This document shows positions 57,810-64,000 of a DNA stretch of 64,000 bases, piece after piece; the first letter of the stretch is position 1; each line of letters opens with the position of its first letter. This stretch comes from Eledone cirrhosa (taxonomy: Eukaryota): assembly GCA_964016885.1 (NCBI GenBank), contig OZ024742.1, forward strand, positions 373,178,001 through 373,242,000, given 5' to 3'. The position numbers were made by a program, and so were the translations under genes. Under the pieces are notes generated by a model that saw only the letters and a program-made list of their open reading frames with translations, had not been told where the DNA came from and did no database searches.

Positions 57810-60800
57810 ACAAGCCACATATTAATCTGATAGTCCCACAAGCCACATACTTCTGATAGTCCCACAAGCCACATACCTCTGATAGTCCCACAAGTCACAT
57901 ACCTCTGATAGTCCTACAAGCCACATATTAATCTGATAGTCCCACAAGCCACATACCTCTGATAGTCCCACAATCCACATACCTCTGATAGTCCCACAAG
58001 CCACATATTAGTCTGATAGTCCCACAAGCCACATACCTCTGATAGTCCCACAAGCCAAATACCTCTGATAGTCCCACATGTCACATACCTACGATAGTCC
58101 CACAAGCCACATATTAGTCTGATAGTCTTACAAGCCACATACCTCTGATAGTCCCACAAGCCACATACCTCTAATAGTCCCACAAGTCACATACCTCTGA
58201 TAGTCCCACAAGTCACATACCTCTGATAGTCCCACAAGCCACATATTAGTCTGATAGTCCCACAAGCCACATATTAGTCTGATAGTCCCACAAACCACAT
58301 AGTTCTGATAGTCCCACAAGCCACATATAAGTATCATAGTCCCACAAGCCACATACTGCTGATAGTCCCACAAGCCACATATTGGTCTGATAGTCCCACA
58401 AGTCACATACCTCTGATAGTCCCATAAGCCACATATTAATCTGATAGTCCCACAAGCCACATACATCTGATAGTCCCACAAGCCACATACCTCTGATAGT
58501 CCCACAAACCACATATTAGTCTGATAGTTCCACAAGCCACATACCTCTGATAGTCCCACAAGCCAGATATTAGTCTGATAGTCCCACAGGTCACATATCT
58601 CTGATAGTCCCACAAGCCACATACCTCTGATAGTCCCACAAGCCACATACCTCTGATAGTACCACAAGCCACATTCCTCTGATAGTCTCACAAGCCACAT
58701 ACCTCTGATAGTCCCCTAGCCACATACCTCTGATAGTCCCACAAGCTACATACCTCTCATAGTCCCACAAGCCACATACCTCTCATAGTCCAACACGCCA
58801 CATATTAGTTTGATAGTCCCACAAGCCACATACCTCTGATAGTCCCACAAACCACATAGCTCTGGTAGTCCCACAAGCCACATATTAGTCTGATAGTCCC
58901 ACAGGTCACATACTTCTGATAGTCCCACAAACCACATACCTCTGATAGTCCCACAAGCCACATATTAGTCTGATAGTCCCACAGGTCACATACCTCTGAT
59001 AGTCCCACAAGCCACATACCTCTGATAGTCCCACAAGCCGCATATTAGTCTGATAGTCCCACAAGTCACATACCTCTGATAGTCCCACAAGCCACATATT
59101 AGTCTGATAGTCCATCAAGCCACATACCTCTGATAGTCCCACAAGCCACATACCTCTGATAGTCCCACAAGTCACATACCTCTGATAGTCCCACAAGTCA
59201 CATACCTCTGATAGTCCCACAAGCCACATACCTCTGATAGTACCACAAGCCACATACCTCTGATTGTCCCACAAGCCACATACCTCTGATAGTCCCACAA
59301 GGCACATACCTCTGATAGTCCCACAAGCCACATATTAGTCTGATAGTCCCACAAGCCACATACCTCTGATAGTCCCACAAGCCACATATTAGTCTGATAG
59401 TCCCACAAGTCACATACCTTTGATTGTCCCACAAGCCACATATTAGTCTGATAGTCCCACAAGTCACATACCTCTGATAGTCTTACAAGCCACATATTAG
59501 TATGATAGTCCCACAAGCCACATGCCTCTGATAGTCCCACAAGCCACATATTAGTCTGATAATCCCACAAGTCACATACCTCTGATAGTCCCACAAGCCA
59601 CATATTAGTCTGATAGTCCCACAAATCACATACCTTTGATAGTCCCACAAGCCACATATTAATCTGATAGTCCCACAAGCCACACACCTCTGATAGTCCC
59701 ACAAGCCACATATTAGTCTGATAGTCCCACAAGCCACATTCCTCTGATAGTCCCACAAGCCACATACATCTGATAGTCCCACAAGCCACATACCTCTGAT
59801 AGTCCCACAAGCCACATACCTCTGATAGTACCACAAGTCACATACCTTTGCTAGTCCTACAAGCAACATATTAATCTGATAGTCCCACAAACCACATACC
59901 TCTGATAGTCTCACACGCAACATATTAGTCTGATAGTCCCACAAGCCACATACTTCTAATAGTCCCACAAGCCACATACCTCTGATAGTCTCACAAGCCA
60001 CATATTAGTCTGATAGTCCCACAAGTCACATACCTCTGATAGTCCCACAAGTCACATACCTCTTATAGTCCCACAAACCACATACTTCTGATAGTCCCAC
60101 AAGCCACATACCTCTGATAGTCCCACAAGCCACATATTAGTCTGATAGTCCCACAAGCCACATACCTCTGATAGTCCCACAAGCCACATACCTCTGATAG
60201 TCCCACAAGCCACATATTAGTCTGATAGTCCCACAAGTCACATACCTCTGATAGTCCCACAAACCACATATTAGTCTGATAGTTCCACAAGCCACATACC
60301 TCTGATAGTCCCACAAGCCACATACCTCTGATAGTCCCACAAGCCACATACCTCTGATAGTCCCACAAGCCACATACCTCTGATAGTCTCACAAGCCACA
60401 TACCTCTGATAGTCCCACTAGCCACATACCTCTGATAGTCCCACAAGCTACATACCTCTCATAGTCCCACAAGCCACATACCTCTCATAGTCCAACACGC
60501 CACATATTAGTTTGATAGTCCCACAAGCCACATACCTCTGATAGTCCCACAAGTCACATACCTCCGATAGTCCCACAAGCCACATATTAGTCTGATAGTC
60601 TTACAAGCCACATACCTCTGATAGTCCCACAAGCCACATACCTCTAGTAGTCCCACAAGTCACATACCTCTGATAGTCCCACAAGTCACATACCTCTGAT
60701 AGTCCCACAAGCCACATATTAGTCTGATAGTCCCACACGTCACATATCTCTGATAGTCCCACAAGCCACATATTAGTCTGATAGTCCCACAAGTCACATA

Positions 60801-63800
60801 CATTTGATTGTCCCACAAGCCACATATTAATCTGATAGTCCCACAAGCCACATACCCCTGATAGTCCCACAAGCCACATACCTCTGATAGTCCCACAAGC
60901 CACATACCTCTGATAGTCCCACAAGCCACATACCTCTGATAGTCCCACAAGTCACATACCTCTGATAGTCCTACAAGCCACATATTAATCTGATAGTCCC
61001 ACAAGCCACATACTTCTGATAGTCCCACAAGCCACATACCTCTGATAGTCCCACAAGTCACATACCTCTGATAGTCCTACAAGCCACATATTAATCTGAT
61101 AGTCCCACAAGCCACATACCTCTGATAGTCCCACAAGCCACATACCTCTGATAGTCCCACACGCAACATATTAGTCTAATAGTCCCACAAGCCACATACT
61201 TCTGATAGTCCCACAAGCCACATACCTCTGATAGTCTCACAAGCCACATATTAGTCTGATAGTCCCACAAGCCACATATTTCTGATAGTCCCACAAGTTA
61301 TATACCTCTGATAGTCCCACAAGTCACATACCTCTTATAGTCCCACAAACCACATACTTCTGATAGTCCCATAAGCCACATATTAATCTGATAGTCCCAC
61401 AAGCCACATACGTCTGATAGTCCCACAAGCCACATACCTCTGATAGTCCCACAAGCCACATATTAGTCTGATAGTCCCACAAGTGACATACCTATGATAG
61501 TCCCACAAGCCACATACCTATGATAGTCCCACAAGCCACATACCTCTGATAGTCCCACAAGCCACATACCTCTGATAGTCCCACAAGCCACATATTAGTC
61601 TGATAGTCCCACAAGTGACATACCTCTGATAGTCCCACAAACCACATATTAGTCTGATAGTTCCACAAGCCACATACCTCTGATAGTCCCACAAGCCACA
61701 TATTAGTCTGATAGTCCCACAGGTCACATACCTCTGATAGTCCCACAAGCCACATATTAGTCTGATAGTTCCACAGGCCACATACCTCTGATAGTCCCAC
61801 AAGCCACATATTAGTCTGATAGTCCCACAAGCCAGAAAGCTCTGATAGTCCCACAAGCCACATACCTCTGATAGTCCCACAAGCCACATACTGCTGATAG
61901 TCCCACAAGCCACATATTGGTCTGATAGTCCCTCAAGTCACATACCTCTGATAGTCCCACAAGCCACATACCTCTGATAGTCCATCAAGCCACATACCTC
62001 TGATAGTCCCACAAGCCACATACCTCTGATAGTCCCACAAGCCACATATTAGTCTGATAGTCCCACAGGCCACATACCTCTGATAGTCCCACAAGCCACG
62101 TATTAGTGTGATAGTCCCACAAGCCACATACCTCTGATAGTCCCACAAGCCACATATTAGTCTGATAGTCCCACAAGCCACATACCTCTGATAGTCCCAC
62201 AAGCCACATATTAGTCTGATAGTCCCACAGGTCACATACTTCTGATAGTCCCACAAACCACATATCTCTGATAGTCCCACAAGCCACATATTAGTCTGAT
62301 AGTCCCACAGGTCACATACCTCTGATAGTCCCACAAGCCACATACCTCTGATAGTCCCACAAGCCACATATTAGTCTGATAGTCCATCAAGCCACATACC
62401 TCTGATAGTCCCACAAGCCACATACCTCTGATAGTCCCACAAGTCACATACCTCTGATAGTCGCACAAGTCACATACCTCTGATAGTCCCACAAGCCACA
62501 TACCTCTGATAGTCCCACATGTCACATACCTACGATAGTCCCACAAGCCACATATTAGTCTGATAGTCTTACAAGCCACATACCTCTGATAGTCCCACAA
62601 GTCACATACCTCTGATAGTCCCACAAGCCACATATTAGTCTGATAGTCCCACAAGCCACATATTAGTCTGATAGTCCCACAAACCACATAGTTCTGATAG
62701 TCCCACAAGCCACATATAAATATCATAGTCCCACAAGCCACATACTGCTGATAGTCCCATAAGCCACATATTAATCTGATAGTCCCACAAGCCACATACA
62801 TCTGATAGTCCCACAAGCCACATACCTCTGATAGTCCCACAAACCACATATTAGTCTGATAGTTCCACAAGCCACATACCTCTGATAGTCCCACAAGCCA
62901 GATAATTGTCTGATCGTCCCACAGGTCACATATCTCTGATAGTCCCACAAGCCACATACCTCTGATAGTCCCACAAGCCACATACCTCTGATAGTCCCAC
63001 AAGCCACATACCTCTGATAGTCTCACAATCACATACCTCTGATAGTCCCACTAGCCACATACCTCTGACAGTCCCACAAGCTACATACCTCTCATAGTCC
63101 CACAAGCCACATACCTCTCATAGTCCAACACGCCACATATTAGTTTGATAGTCCCACAAGCCACATACCTCTGATAGTCCCACAAACCACATACCTCTGA
63201 TAGTCCCACAAGCCACATATTAGTCTGATAGTCCCACAGGTCACATACTTCTGATAGTCCCACAAACCACATATCTCTGATAGTCCCACAAGCCACATAT
63301 TAGTCTGATAGTCCCACAGGTCACATACCTCTGATAGTCCCACAAGCCACATACCTCTGATAGTCCCACAAGCCACATATTAGTCTGATAGTCCATCAAG
63401 CCACATACCTCTGATAGTCCCACAAGCCACATACCTCTGATAGTCCCACAAGTCACATACCTCTGATAGTCGCACAAGTCACATACCTCTGATAGTCCCA
63501 CAAGCCACATACCTCTGATAGTACCACAAGCCACATACCTCTGATTGTCCCACAAGCCACATACCTCTGATAGTCCCACAAGGCACATACCTCTGATAGT
63601 CCCACAAGCCACATACCTCTGATAGTCCATCAAGCCACATACCTCTGATAGTCCCACGAGCCACATACCTCTGATAGTCCCACAAGCCACATATTAGTCT
63701 GATAGTCCCACAAGCCACATACCTCTGATAGTCCCACAAGCCACATATTGGTCTGATAGTCCCTCAAGTCACATACCTCTGATAGTCCCACAAGCCACAT

Positions 63801-64000
63801 ACCTCTGATAGTCCATCAAGCCACATACCTCTGATAGTCCCACAAGCCACATACCTCTGATAGTCCCACAAGCCACATATTAGTCTGATAGACCCACAAG
63901 TGACATACCTCTGATAGTCCCACAAACCACATATTAGTCTGATAGTTCCACAAGCCACATACCTCTGATAGTCCCACAAGCCACATACCTCTGATAGTCC

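Larger units (their letters stand above)
43193..64000. repeat. Satellite array B: 26-bp (CTGATAGTCCCACAAGCCACATACCT) / 28-bp (CTGATAGTCCCACAAGCCACATATTAGT) tandem repeat; roughly 780 monomers; runs off the right edge
   Basis: Uninterrupted head-to-tail monomers sharing a 23-bp core CTGATAGTCCCACAAGCCACATA followed by CCT or TTAGT (minor TTAAT, TTGGT, CTT). The 26-mer is 50% G+C with 10 C vs 3 G on the + strand. Confidence 0.99.

Noticed and set aside
43095-63979. About 90 minus-strand ORFs encoding Cys/Trp-rich repetitive peptides
   Set aside because: They overlap in all three frames, and the monomer lengths (26/28) are not multiples of 3. Variants show no frame preservation, most starts are arbitrary and no domain is recognisable. 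They are by-products of the satellite.
43193-64000. CRISPR-like array (constant 23-bp core plus variable part)
   Set aside because: The variable part is only 3-5 bp and essentially binary (CCT/TTAGT). There are no unique spacers, leader or cas genes, and the core is not palindromic.
1-64000. Telomerase-made long telomeric repeats (as in the 23-26 bp yeast telomere units)
   Set aside because: Unit size and strand skew are reminiscent, but I recognise no match to a known telomere repeat. Variant patterns are inherited in kb-scale duplicated blocks, which indicates recombinational amplification rather than templated addition. A subtelomeric location cannot be excluded.
1-64000. Common ancestry of monomers A and B
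   Set aside because: No convincing alignment on either strand beyond short words (CTG, ACATA, CTCAT). GC content differs (about 22% vs 50%) and there is no gradient of intermediate monomers.
1-64000. Assignment as a centromere or to a named satellite family or organism
   Set aside because: No diagnostic motif such as a CENP-B box, and no family I recognise. A database search and CENH3 data would be needed.

Overview
The whole 64 kb is head-to-tail tandem satellite DNA, made of two unrelated arrays that abut directly at about 43,190. Array A (1-~43,192) has a 23-bp AT-rich monomer AAACTGTAAATCTC(A/T)TTCTATAT, with a frequent 21-bp form lacking one TA. Array B (~43,193-64,000) has a 26-bp monomer CTGATAGTCCCACAAGCCACATACCT, interspersed with a 28-bp form ending ...CATATTAGT. 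I saw no gene, RNA gene, transposon, inversion or unique spacer. All listed ORFs are translations of the stop-poor minus strand of array B. Rare variant monomers, used as landmarks, reveal nested higher-order structure: a ~1.45-1.6 kb HOR plus 2,591, 3,907 and 6,933 bp duplications inside a ~14.08 kb macro-unit in A, and a 2,044 bp tandem duplication inside a 13,988 bp macro-unit in B. This looks like eukaryotic heterochromatic satellite DNA, but the organism and chromosomal location cannot be determined from the sequence. Offsets were counted by hand from landmarks, and block boundaries are approximate.
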